Below are positions 27,101 to 37,613 of a stretch of DNA of 64,000 bases, piece after piece (the stretch's first letter is position 1; every line of letters starts with the position of its first letter). Source of the DNA: Octopus vulgaris (lineage: Eukaryota); the NCBI GenBank assembly GCA_951406725.2, contig OX597833.1, forward strand, positions 8,990,001 through 9,054,000, in the 5' to 3' direction. The notes beneath the pieces were generated by a model. It saw nothing but the letters and a program-made list of their open reading frames with translations. It did no database searches and was not told the DNA's origin. The position numbers and the translations under genes are program-made.

Positions 27101-29744
27101 CTTTCATCACCTGATCCAGCAATTTGATATTCCTGTAGTTATTTCTGTCTAAAGCATCACCTTTCCCCTTGTATCGGTTGACTATGGTGCTGCTGCTACA
27201 CCAGTCATTGGGTAGGACTCCTTTGTGAACCACCTGATTCACAATAGGGGTCACTAGACCATAACCCACACTGCCAGATATTTTAAGCAGCTCAGCACTG
27301 ATTCCTGATGAGCCGGGGCTTTCCCTGTCTTCATATGCTTAATTGCTTTATCTGCCAGGGTACTGTCGATTCGGGACCCTCAATTAGGCCAACCACTAGC
27401 AGACCCTCCTCCTCTCATTCATTCTCCATGATCTGCAGTCTTTTTCTCTCTCCATACATACAAACACACATTATTTTTGTTTTTGCAGTTGGTTTCAGAT
27501 GAAGTGTATAAACGCTATTTATACCTTGGAATCCAGCGAGCAGAGTCTACAATAAACAATAGCTTCCACTGTAAAACTCCAAACTGTCGAGGCTGGTGTA
27601 TATATGAGGACGATGTGAATTTCTTTCCTTGCCCCGTCTGTCAACACACCAACTGTTTGACCTGTAAATCGATCCATGAAGGGAAAAACTGCAAAGAGTT
27701 CCAGGATGACTTGAATCGAGCATCTCGACAAAATGCCAATGCAGAGCGGACGAAACTATACTTAACGGTAAGCAAACGTTAATTATAAGCTAATTAATAG
27801 AGCTGACCAAGCACCAGACTAGATGCTTTACTCTGTGTCTAGTTTTGGATTAAGAGTCACTGTCATTCTTCCAACCAGATTATCCAATTTATGGCATTAT
27901 CCCATCTGATCTTAATGTATTTAGGGATAGCCATCTTAGTAGATCTAATTCCCCTCCAAGCTGATGAATTTTAACTCATCACCTACAATGCACTACTACA
28001 ACAACTACTAGAGCAATCCTTGGTGAACCCCTACTTCTTCACTATACTCGTTGCCAACCCTCACTACTACTACTACTACTACAATAATTGTTTTAGATCC
28101 TCAATTATTGTTGGGGGTCATAGGGGCATCAGCTCCAGAAATGATTATAAAAAGGTTTTGTGAAACACCATATTAACTCCATTGTGCTGTGTTCCCAGTA
28201 TTTACTGACAAAACATGAAACTGGTTGAGTATTCCTTAGTCATTTGTATAATATACCTCATGCTGTCAAATTGTTTAACCCTATAATGCCATGTCCCCAG
28301 TATACTGAGAACAGCCTGAATGAAATCTCTGCCAGATTCCCCTTAAATCTCTAACGAACAACACACAGAGAAAAAGCAGATAAACTTCCCTGGAACCGAC
28401 AACCGATCGTGTTGCAGCTTTGTAGTGGAGTGTGTTGGAGATCCATTGTTAACGATGTTCTCCATAGCTGTTGTTTACTTTGGTCTTTAATCGGAAAAAA
28501 AGGATCCTTTGTGAAGAAACACGGGTATGAGGAATCCAGTGCTTTGTCTGGTAAACAAACGGGGCCCAGACTCTTAGCAGTTGAAGAAATTATTGATGGT
28601 ATTTATTCTTTGGGTGAAGAGTTTCCACTTCTGCAGACAATGAGAGTGATTCGGACAATGAAACTGGCGAAAGCGATGAGGAAAGTAACAATTCAGATGA
28701 ACAAAGATGCTGCTTGAAAGATAGGCCTACGGTTGTTAGGGTTCTGAACCTTTTTTTTTTTTTTTTTCTTTTTGTAATTCTGTCCATTAATTTGTTTGCA
28801 ATTATTACTCTTGAGCTGTGTATGCAACTATTTATGATTTTGCTGAGGAGCCCCAGGTGGAGGACAAAGTTAGACACAACGGCTGAGGGCTGAGAGGTTT
28901 AAGGACCACAACTTTGGCCATTTTGCCCCATGAAATTTTTTAAACACAATAACCAGACCACCATGAAATAGTTAAGAAAAATAAAATCTAAATGAAATGT
29001 TTATAATTTCAGAACCTGCTCAAGTCTGGAGATGCTATGAAATGTCCCCAATGTGAGGTGATTGTCACAAAGAAGGATGGCTGTGATTGGTTGAGGTGTT
29101 CAGTGTGTAAACTTGAAATCTGCTGGGCAACACGAGGCCCAAGATGGGGGCCAAAGGTAAAGCTATTCTTATAATCTCTGTTGGCCAAAATGTAACTATA
29201 CTAGTCTGGTGATTGTTGTAGAGTTGTATCTATCAAATAGATTTAGCATTTCCAAGTAAATGTAGTTGAGATGTTGCCAACTATTCTATCTGCAATTGTC
29301 ATGGCATGAAAAGTGAATGAAGACCTCAACATCAACCTCCTTCATTCACTAAAAGTTAAGGATTGCAAATTGTGAAGAAGCCAGAGCTCCAGCATGGCTG
29401 CAATTTGAAGGAAAACTAGAATCGAGTAGAAATATCAGAAAGTTTAAGTAGAAGGGCAAGTCAAGAATTAATAGGGAAACATTCATTGGCAAGGTGTGTA
29501 GGGGAAGGGGCCGCACCAATCCCCTTCAATATAAGATATTGACAATTGTGGATATTTTCATAAATCCATCTGAGTAGACAAGCTAATATGGTGGGGCCAG
29601 AATGTGTAGACCTGCTAAAATATATGCTAAATGTGTGCTAAATATATGTTTATTTAATTTCAGGGTCTGAACGACAACAGTGGAGGGTGTAAATGCAAGG
29701 TGAACGGAGTTAAATGTCATCCAAAATGTATGAATTGTCATTGA
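359..29744 (+). CDS. RBCK1: RBCK1/HOIL-1-like RBR E3 ubiquitin ligase (LUBAC subunit), 5'-partial; join(359..447,5742..5915,24411..24580,25441..25552,27489..27767,29013..29156,29664..29744)
   Basis: All introns are GT-AG with compatible phases (0,0,2,0,0,0). The spliced protein has NZF, RING1, IBR and RING2 (KKDGCDW) and ends CHPKCMNCH*, colinear with human HOIL-1 as recalled (CHPSCQNCH). The N-terminal UBL region is not in the window. Confidence 0.95.
547..880 (-). mobile_element. R4/Dong-like (RLE) non-LTR retrotransposon, 3' end fragment
   Basis: Minus strand reads [15 protein letters not shown]...[13 protein letters not shown]...MLQKLA, then a short (TAA)n-like tail. Confidence 0.7.
876..1632. 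repeat. (CTT)n/(GAA)n microsatellite, ~757 bp, with TTT interruptions
   Basis: Directly visible; no purines seen on the + strand. Confidence 0.98.
1640..1800 (+). mobile_element. SINE with Meta-like central domain (further copies near 3600, 13210, 13450, 32260, 37140, 38250-39030, 47730, 60830, 61520, 61700)
   Basis: Recurrent ctgagttcaaattc..ccaaggtc.actttgcctttcatcc...ggggtc.ataaa.taagtaccag...ggccttgtgccaaaatttgaaa followed by (ATT)n; domain name is from recall. Confidence 0.75.
1850..3570 (-). mobile_element. Decayed R4/Dong-like LINE (RT plus RLE endonuclease)
   Basis: FYMDDSKLY...[47 protein letters not shown]; broken by frameshifts and stops. Confidence 0.85.
3860..4770 (+). mobile_element. 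Penelope-like element 3' fragment (GIY-YIG endonuclease C-terminus and 3' region)
   Basis: [13 protein letters not shown]...LS*LIWSFKD...WEI...[14 protein letters not shown]...LVNRRLE...CLH; next to (TA)n; hammerhead-like motif at its end. Confidence 0.8.
4683..4764 (+). ncRNA. Degenerate hammerhead-like motif
   Basis: GAC-U-CUGAAUGA-AG-UUGCACAGA/UCUGUGCAA-UG-GAAA-CCU(GUGU)AGG-UC-GUC; extra nucleotides in the core. Confidence 0.55.
4975..5230 (+). mobile_element. RTE-clade LINE RT fragment
   Basis: MQFGFV.RSATDAI..QLQE...[12 protein letters not shown]. Confidence 0.8.
5742..5915 (+). CDS. RBCK1: RBCK1 exon: NZF (RanBP2-type) zinc finger and tail
   Basis: [27 protein letters not shown]...; ccacag| acceptor and gag|gtacgg donor; 174 nt. 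Confidence 0.93.
6985..7820 (-). mobile_element. RTE LINE 3' end followed by V-domain-like cassette and (GAT)n tail
   Basis: [33 protein letters not shown]; then ggttggcattaggaagggcatccagctgtagaaac...ggacgttaaatgatgatgat. Confidence 0.85.
7853..8249 (+). mobile_element. Non-autonomous Helitron
   Basis: A|TC start, CTAG|T end, subterminal hairpin cccaagcaacgctggg (8222-8237); related copy at 57193. Confidence 0.75.
9131..9467. repeat. Imperfect inverted repeat with ~135-bp arms (9131-9266 and 9333-9467), Penelope-type termini around (TA)n
   Basis: Arms are reverse complements; each contains ctgtagaagagc(a/g)taggctcgaaac. Confidence 0.9.
10174..10600. repeat. Imperfect inverted repeat with ~130-bp arms (10174-10304 and 10470-10600)
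   Basis: Arms are reverse complements; the ORF track shows [11 protein letters not shown] on both strands. Confidence 0.9.
10740..11460 (-). mobile_element. Internally deleted Penelope-like element (RT fragment, GIY-YIG C-terminus, 3' region)
   Basis: [20 protein letters not shown]...IILAARK (PLE RT motif), then [12 protein letters not shown]...[15 protein letters not shown]. Confidence 0.85.
10750..10803 (-). ncRNA. Type I hammerhead ribozyme (minimal, Penelope-associated)
   Basis: GUGC-CUGAAGA-AUAUGUU(U)GAG/UAUUU/CUCAACAUAU-GAAA-CUAUUAG-UA-GCAC: complete core, stems I-III and GUA cleavage triplet. Confidence 0.85.
12595..12760 (-). mobile_element. V-domain-like SINE or RTE-tail fragment (further copies near 32490, 42120, 46210, 49850, 52110, 54190, 59450)
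   Basis: (CAT)n-tttagcgtccgctttccatgct.gcatgggttggacgg...ggatgcccttcctaatgccaaccac. Confidence 0.75.
14742..14792. repeat. Perfect 23-bp tandem duplication (2.2 copies) inside an old LINE-like remnant (~14000-14800)
   Basis: ggagcagacgaagggccctggtt twice, then ggagc; nearby [14 protein letters not shown] (-) and ILYSSESW (+) look RTE-like. Confidence 0.85.
20400..20980 (+). mobile_element. Decayed CR1/Jockey/I-group LINE RT fragment
   Basis: [18 protein letters not shown] and [18 protein letters not shown]. Confidence 0.75.
24411..24580 (+). CDS. RBCK1: RBCK1 exon: linker and RING1 N-half
   Basis: MENQ...[24 protein letters not shown]; ttttcag| acceptor and |gtaagt donor. Confidence 0.93.
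25441..25552 (+). CDS. RBCK1: RBCK1 exon: RING1 C-half
   Basis: (K)[37 protein letters not shown]; ctttcag| acceptor and |gtgagt donor; absent from the ORF track. Confidence 0.92.
26260..27430 (-). mobile_element. RTE LINE RT fragment
   Basis: [49 protein letters not shown]. Confidence 0.88.
27489..27767 (+). CDS. RBCK1: RBCK1 exon: IBR domain
   Basis: [39 protein letters not shown]; ttgcag| acceptor and |gtaagc donor. Confidence 0.95.
28279..28898 (+). mobile_element. piggyBac-like non-autonomous element, copy 1 (RBCK1 intron)
   Basis: TTAA at 28275-28278 and 28899-28902, CCC start, acidic remnant [24 protein letters not shown]; near-identical to 50642-51242. Confidence 0.65.
29013..29156 (+). 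CDS. RBCK1: RBCK1 exon: RING2 with catalytic Cys
   Basis: [48 protein letters not shown]; tttcag| acceptor and |gtaaag donor. Confidence 0.95.
29664..29744 (+). CDS. RBCK1: RBCK1 last coding exon
   Basis: [26 protein letters not shown] then TGA at 29742-29744; candidate ATTAAA at 29905-29910. Confidence 0.95.
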   Translation, partial: GLNDNSGGCKCKVNGVKCHPKCMNCH

Positions 29745-30329
29745 TTTTATTTCTGTTAATTTGTCAAGTGTCATTCAGGAAAATAGAGAGTCTCTTTCAG
29801 TTAACTTTATGTGAATGTGTTCTTGTTGATCGTTAAATTAATAATTATGTTGGTCTTTGAACACCTGCAGATATATTTCTAGAAAATTCATAAAACAGTT
29901 TTCCATTAAAATGAATTTAACTTTCTTATCCATATAACAAACATTACAAAATATTGTTTGAGTGTGGAAGTTTGAAATGAAATCTGTCAATTCCAAAAAC
30001 TGCTTCCAGCCATCTTGAATGTCTACAATGGCATTTTTATGAGACGCCTTTAGTTCAACAGCTGGGACAAGCCTGGAGAGGTTTTCCTTAACCACATCAA
30101 CCTCAAGTGTTAAGTCCAGGGTGGAACTTATTTGGTCAATCTCTATCAAATTGACAAGTTACCACTTAACAAGAGATGTGTGTGTGTGTGTTAATGTAGT
30201 GTGACTAGGATTGCAGGGAGATGATAGAGGCCCAAAATGTGTTGGAAGGAAGAGTGATATGGGGTGGAGGGGATGGCAAACAGTAGCTGAGGCTGAATGT
30301 TGGGTGAACTGGGAACAAAACAGTGACCT

Positions 30330-30860
30330 CAACATGAAAGCGAAAGTGGAAGATGAGTGAGATGGAAAGGCAGAAACCGTCCTTTTCTAGCAGAGGTCAA
30401 AAAAGCTCTCTGGCAACAATGGTCTCGGAAGACACTAATTTGGTCTCCAAGGTAACAGGATCGACCAGTTATTTGTAGAGAGACGTCTGAACATTGAATG
30501 GAGTCTATTTTGTAAGTGTTTTTGTTGCTCTGCATCTATGATATGTGAAAATGTTAGCCCTCTATGCCTCTTGTATACCCAGTTTCCCCTGGGTACACTG
30601 CATGGAATTCTCACCAGCTCCTTTTTAGCAGATCAAGGAAGGCTTAACAAGGACCTGACTGCTTCTCTGTTTGCTAATACCTTAGTCTTTGCTTAATTCA
30701 CTTTGAAGTCTTTCCAATTCCACATTCTGCTATTAGTGCCGAGTCTTCAACATGAAGGCGGCCCACGAATGGGGAATTGGTCTCAACCTGCATCAACTCT
30801 GAGTTGGAGGACTATAAATAAACAAGAAGCTACAGACTAAACCCCCCCCCCCCCCGTGCA
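30330..30860 (-). mobile_element. Old RTE LINE fragment
   Basis: Degenerate YLGDQ and KVN..KTK-like segments similar to the 26260-27430 copy. Confidence 0.55.
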
Positions 30861-33800
30861 TCCCTACTTTCACTTTGAATTCATTCTATCATAAACTCTC
30901 GCCTTCCTCATTGGCAAACTTCTTGCTCTGGGTTTCTTCTTTTGCTAGAAATACTCAACATCTGACTTCCCTTCTTGCAACTTGGTGGTTGTGCCCTTCA
31001 CTGTCCCCTTTTAGCTAGTCTTTCCATACATGTCTCTGAGCCTCCATGGCTTTATCCACAGCTATTCCACTCCCATGTGTCCGTCACTTTGATGCCCTCA
31101 ACAGATTATCCTGTATTGGATAGGGCCCTCTACTTTTAGTTTACTTTCTCTTGTTACCCATTCCCCAACTGATAACAAACCAATTACTGTAATTAAAGTG
31201 TGAGATATTATTTGAAGTTTGAATCTGGATGTTGTTAGTAAACATGGTGGGAATAAAGTCCTCTTTGCAAATCCTTCACATTTTAAATGAATTCAGCATT
31301 GCCATGGAAATATTGAGATAAACATGTGGAGAGCAAGACTTAAAAGGCAGAGGCAATACAATTACAAGAGTAACCTGAGTGAGGAGAGGACAACACTGTG
31401 ATGCGTCTACTGATGAGGATGCAGATACACAACCGGAACAAAACGGGGAGACTGGGGTCTCTTTACGCTATTTTCTTACTGAGGTTACAAAATGGAGAGA
31501 GAGTTTGTAAGGATGAGTGGGTTGGGCACATTAGGGGTCACAAAGCCTAATGCAATTACTTACTGAGAGGAAATGAGAAACTTTTGTAGGCCAAACTAGG
31601 ATTTTACAGCATAGATTTGTCAGAAAGAACCTTACACAGGAATGGATGAAATTTCTTTGGTCTGAACAACGAAATTTGTAATTACAAAAGTTGATGATAA
31701 ATTTTTGAAAGAGGACAAATATATAGAATGAGTGGAATTAAATATTAATAATAATAATGAATTTGCTGGAGGAGAAAGCAGACAAAACACAACCCTTTAA
31801 GAGCTGGACTTGTCCTAATTAATGAATCACTAAGACACAGATTGCCTTCTCTATTTTCCCACCCCTTTCACTCTCCCACCTCTCCCTGCTATTTATTTCT
31901 TTACTCGGCTCCGAATGTTAAGGATTTTGAGGAAATGGAAACATTTGTACGTCTGATCTGTTGTGCACAGACAAACATTCCGGCAAAACCCATTCTGCTC
32001 AGATGCTGAATCTTTCTGTTCAGTTTGCACAGCCACAATCAAAAGTAGTTTTGATGAAATTAACATGCTAGAATAGGGGCAAGTACACGTGAGCTGCATG
32101 CAAGGGGCCTCAGTCAGACTCCTTCAGGACGAAGAACGTAAATATAAATTCCTCTGGGTCAGCAAAAATGATTGAGGTAACGAGAGCCGGCAATAGGGGG
32201 ACAATAAAGCCTGGACTCTTCTGGGCAACTAACAACAGCAACATTTATGAGGCTGGCAGACAGTATTTTGTCTGTCTGTATGTTCTGAGTTCAAATTCTG
32301 CCAAGGTCGACTTTGCTCTTCAGGGTCGATAAATTAAGTACCAGTTGCACACTGGAGTCAATCTAATCTATTGCCCCACTTCCCCCAAACACTTTGGGCC
32401 TTGTGTCTAGATTAGAAAAGAACATTTATCTTTACCAATGCTACTTAATCAGGACTGATTTTATGATGCATTTATGCAGACAACACCATCGTTTACCGTC
32501 CACTTTCCATGCTGGCATGGGTTGGACAGTTTGACTGAAAACTGGTAAGCTGGGGAGCCGCTCCAGGTTCCAATCTGATTTGGCAAGGTTTCCACAGCTG
32601 GATGCCCTTCCTAATGCCAACCACTCCAAGAGTATAGTGGGTGCTTTTTACGTGCCACTGGCATCGGCCACAACTATGATCTCACTTGGTTTGACAGGTC
32701 TACACATGCATGGCGTATCGCCAAAGGTCTCTGTCCCCTGTCACTACCTTGAGTGGTGCTTTTTTACATTCCACTGGCATCAGCCAACAAATGACAGTGA
32801 CCTTCGTGGTGACTCACAGGGAGGCTGTAGACAGAGCAAGGTTCTTAGTGTTGCAGATCATTTGCATCGGGGAGTGTCAAGTTGAGGAAAGCAGCCAGTT
32901 AATTAGGCAAACAAGCCAGATGGTTGTGAAGAATGTACAAGTCAATATAGTGGTTAGTGGTAAGTGATTGCAGACATAGAACGTGAAAGATTCAGAAATA
33001 CAAACCAGTTTGAAAAAGGAAAATGTGCAGGTTAAAAAGATCCACCAGAAAATAAGAGGTTTAGGGAATTACAAGCTGAAGTATTTGATGAGAAACATCC
33101 AGCTGGACGGAGGATGATGTAAGGGTGGAACAGTGGAGTATACAGAGCCAAGCTTGGAAGAGGTTAGAAGACTGGAGATAAAAGAGAATTATATCAAGTA
33201 GCTAGAGGAAAAAGTTAGAGAGACAAATATATTTAGCAATGGAAGAAGTTGAAGTGCGGAGGTTTGCCAATGTTCTACAGAATGAGGTATTTTGGAATGA
33301 GATGTGGGAAAGAAGTGTGTGTGGATGGATGCTGGTACACTTGCACTCAGTGATTGCAAAACGAAAGAAGCAGACGAGTGCTGTTCTGAAAGGCTACTAA
33401 ATGTGAAGAAGGACTGGGAGAAATAGTCTTCCTAATGTAAACCTAATAGAGGGACCAGCCATTCTGTTTGATAGTAATACAGATGGGATCAAGTGAAACT
33501 CTTAAAATGTTGTCCCTGCTTGGCTGCAACCTGAAGTTAATAGCCAGAGAATAAAGGATTATTTATTGTCCATTTTTAATTCTGTAGACGAATCCTTGTT
33601 GTTAGTGTCTGTGTGTATTTGGTTGATCGAATATAACATTAATAATTGTAGGTAAATTTGAGGTTATCCATGTAATTAATTGACAAAAACTTCCTGTTTA
33701 AAATTGAAAAGCGAGAGTGAATCCCTGACTAATGTCAGGGAGAGGGCAACCACATAATGGCTTGCTGGAAATAAGTCCGCTGCCAATTAGATCACACACT

Positions 33801-34227
33801 AATGTGCGTGAAACCTATTGGTAGTTCGACCTAGTAGAAATAGCAGCCAACTCCCCTACAAAAAAAATTGAAGGACACATTTGACAAAATAATTGTGAAA
33901 AAGAAAGAGAAGCAGGTCATGTCTGGCTGGAATGGTTTTGATCTGAGGTTAACAACATTTAAAAATCAATTAATCAATAACCTATATCAATAGGGAAGAA
34001 CTGAGAAGATTTCTTCAAGAGTGGGGGGGGGGAGCAGACTCTCTTACATTTTAATGACATGAAACACATCAACTGGTATCTACATTCACTCAGGTGTAAA
34101 TAATAATAATAATAAAAATAAATATAAATAAAAACTTGTTTGTTGTAAATGTTGGGCACAAGAGAGGGAAAAACCCGGGGATTGCAGCTGGAGAGGAAGG
34201 TGCCAAACCATGGAAGAAGTAGTCTGC

Positions 34228-35403
34228 TATTCAGGATAAAGTTGACGATTTTTTTTCTTTCTTTTTTTCAGGAACAACTTCATGTATTGGTAAACAGTTA
34301 ATGGCTTTGAGGAGCAGAAAGATTAAAGTCATCCGAGATGGAGGAGTGGAAACCATTTGAATATTGGTAAAGGATTCTCTGTATCCGGATGATTTGCACA
34401 TGGAATCTCAAAATACCAACACCATAACTGCTGCACAATGCTCTGTGAACGCTGTAGAAGCTGGACAGCTGCAATGGAGACTACAAAGTCCATGGCCAAC
34501 AGGAAGGGACAGAGCAGGCATTCTGACCCCGACTGCACTTTGGATTTCATTTGATAACTGAAGGACAAAGTAATGGAAGATCTGAGCAAGGGAATCTGGG
34601 CTTTGGTGAGAGAGATTGGTGTTGCCAATATGAAACTGCCCCTGAAAGAGGATCTTTGCTACCACTAATACAAGAGGCACAAATTCTGACAACCAGGGCC
34701 AAGGAGGACTACTTGACGAAGGTGCGGAAGCTCCTGAACAAGCCGAGGCATCCTGTTCAGTGGAGATGATCTGGTTCTACAAGGACGAAAAGAACTTCTG
34801 CCAGGATCAGTCGCACAACACCAGCCTGGACAATGGGCAGCTGACTTACAATCCGTACGGTGTCCAGCTTATCATGAAAACCAAGTCAGCCCCAACTGTG
34901 AGTGTATCCAGTGAGGGTGACATCATGCCACATCACATCTCAGATCAGGGCCTTAGGCTCAATTGTGAAGCTGTGGTCAAACCCCAGCTGGACGGCTACA
35001 TGTGGAGTGCCAGAATTCAGTTCATTGTCATACCTCCAAAAAGATTAAGGGGTGGTTATTGGAGAATTTCTCTGACTTCACCATCTGCAATTTCTGGCCT
35101 CTTAATCCCCTTGGTTATAATCCCATGGATTACTGTGTGGAGCACAGTTGAGAAAGACACTAGCCGGTCTGCCTGCAACACCAAGGCTAAGCTGTTGGCT
35201 AAGATGAAGGAGGTGTTTGAAGATTTTCCAAGGGACACAGTAGGAACGCACGCACCAGGTTCTGGAGCCATCTTGAGTCCGACTATCTTAAGCAAATTGT
35301 TTTTAACGCTCAGCCACAATCAAGTCGATATTTTTTTGATTTTCACATGAGATATTGTGTTTTCTTTTCTGTTTATGCAAACTGTCAGATTTCGTCCAAA
35401 TGT
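34228..35403 (+). mobile_element. Decayed Tc1/mariner-superfamily transposon (maT/DD37D-like)
   Basis: KLLNK.RHP, IWFYKDEKNF, VSSEGDIMPHH, NFWP..P..NPMDY/VWS.VEK; degenerate terminal inverted repeats. Confidence 0.8.
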
Positions 35404-36755
35404 GGATGAAGTGATGGAAACAGACCCTACAATCCCTAAACCCATTGGAGGGGAAAAAAGGGACTGTGAAAGTGGAAATGCCCCATCCAATCCTTGCAAA
35501 TATGGTGAGGTGGTTATAAGTAGAAGACTTTGGCCCAAAGTATCACACAGTGAGATTCAACCAGAAGTGAACTTTGTGACCTCACGGCCCATCGCTGCAG
35601 ACATTTCTATGAATAAGGTTTCAGTACCAAGGGACATAACTCTTAAGCTCTTACTCATTTCGTTCCATCATCTTTCACATCAACTTCGTGTCTCCAACAA
35701 TAGAGAACAGTCGCCATAGTTTATTCCATTACAGCCACCTCAGAGAAGTGTAGGCTTATAGAGTTGAGCTGTTTTGAATCCTTAGTGTGATACTGATTGG
35801 TATGATCAGCCGTAATGAATATATGATACTGTACACTTCAGATAATATAGCCACTCTATTGATATACGAGTGCATCTTTTTCCTGACTTTTGCACACACT
35901 GCAATCGGTCGCCCGTCTCTTGTGCCAATAGAGCTGTGCTTCCTGGCAGAGCACTCGACAAAGTCACCACAGACGTTACACTTCTTATAAAATGGATTTG
36001 GAATTGTATGACTTGGGATATTCAACAAAGAATATCCCAACTCAATCGAATGAGCTTCCCCATCTAATATACAAACACACATTGGTAGAAATTCAACAAA
36101 TGATAAGGAAATAATAATTAACAAATAAAAATGAAGAAAAGATGAAGAATTGAAGAAGTTAACAGAGAAAAAGTCAATTTATTGTTGGAAGAGAGGATCG
36201 GAGAAATCACTGTACTCACTTCCTGCTGCTGTTGTTGTTGATGATGATGATGGTGGTGATGATGATGATGCTGGGGAGTATACACACACGTGTATATATG
36301 TATGCGTGTGTATATACATGTGTGTGTGTGTGTACACATACGTGTATACACACACACACACATTATATAGATATACATATCTATTATCACAAGTTTCCAG
36401 TTTTCTTGCTCATCCGTGAGATAAGATCAAAAAGAAACCCGATGAGGGGGAAGGGGAAGTTTCTTCGGACGATGTTTCTGGAATCTTCCATGGTTGTAAC
36501 AGAGTTGGTGTGTGTGCGGGTGGGTGTATATGTGGTGTCAGGGGGGGGGGAGCAGGACAAAACTGTACAAGGGCTTTCAAAAGAGAAACTGGTGCACCAT
36601 TGAATGCACGTATCACATACAGACATCAAAATATGCAGAAGTTGCAGGTTTAGGGTTTTGATGGAATTAAAAACTGTTACACGTCAACATAAGAGTGACT
36701 ATGGAGTATAGAATCAAACAGCTTGAATAAACACATCTACATTGATGCTTATACA

Positions 36756-36813
<58 letters not shown>

Positions 36814-37577
36814 TGTATGTATATAGATGTAACAATATTAACTGGGATGGGTTTATAAACAACAATACAAAAATAGCAACAAGCCCCTTTCATAAATCAC
36901 TGGTGGGTACAGCAGGAACGGGGACACCACATCTTGTCCCTCTCAAATAAATTGGCATCATCAGACAATCGATGTGTGAGGGTTCAATTCCAGCTATTTT
37001 CTACTCTAGACTTATTGTTTGTTAATCCAACGCTGCTGTGTTTTTATTCTATCGTAGTAGGGAGGCTGGCATGATGGTCATATTAGAAACAACCGTGTTT
37101 GTGTTATATTGTTGTTGTTGTTGTTATCATAATAATACAAGGCAGTGAACTGGCAGAACGACTAGCATGCCTGATGGCATTTTGTCCGTCTTTAAGTTTT
37201 GAGTTCAAATTCCACCAAGGTCAACTTTGCCTTTCATCCTTTTGGGGTCAATGAAACATGTATCAGACAAGTACTCGGGTCAATAGAATCAACTACCATT
37301 GCCCACCCCGCATAAATTTCGGGCCTTGCATCTAAAGTCGAAAAAATGGCCATTATTATGGATTTACTTAATTACTACTCCGACTTAAATATGAAAGACT
37401 AACGAGGAAATATCAGAAATCATTAAAACACTAATTTAGGGTTTCAATAAAGCACATATCTATATAAATATATATACACACATACATACATCTCTCTCTA
37501 TATATATATACACACACATCCATATATACACACATACACATCCATATATATATATATATACATACATACATACATCC

Positions 37578-37613
<36 letters not shown>

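Noticed and set aside
31405-31455. CTGATGA...GGAAC hammerhead-like motif (similar hints near 8696, 56220 and 60209)
   Set aside because: The GAAA box, stems or cleavage triplet cannot be completed.
35756-36124. 122-aa ORF with a CxxC motif
   Set aside because: No recognisable domain or convincing splice context; a BLASTX search would be needed.
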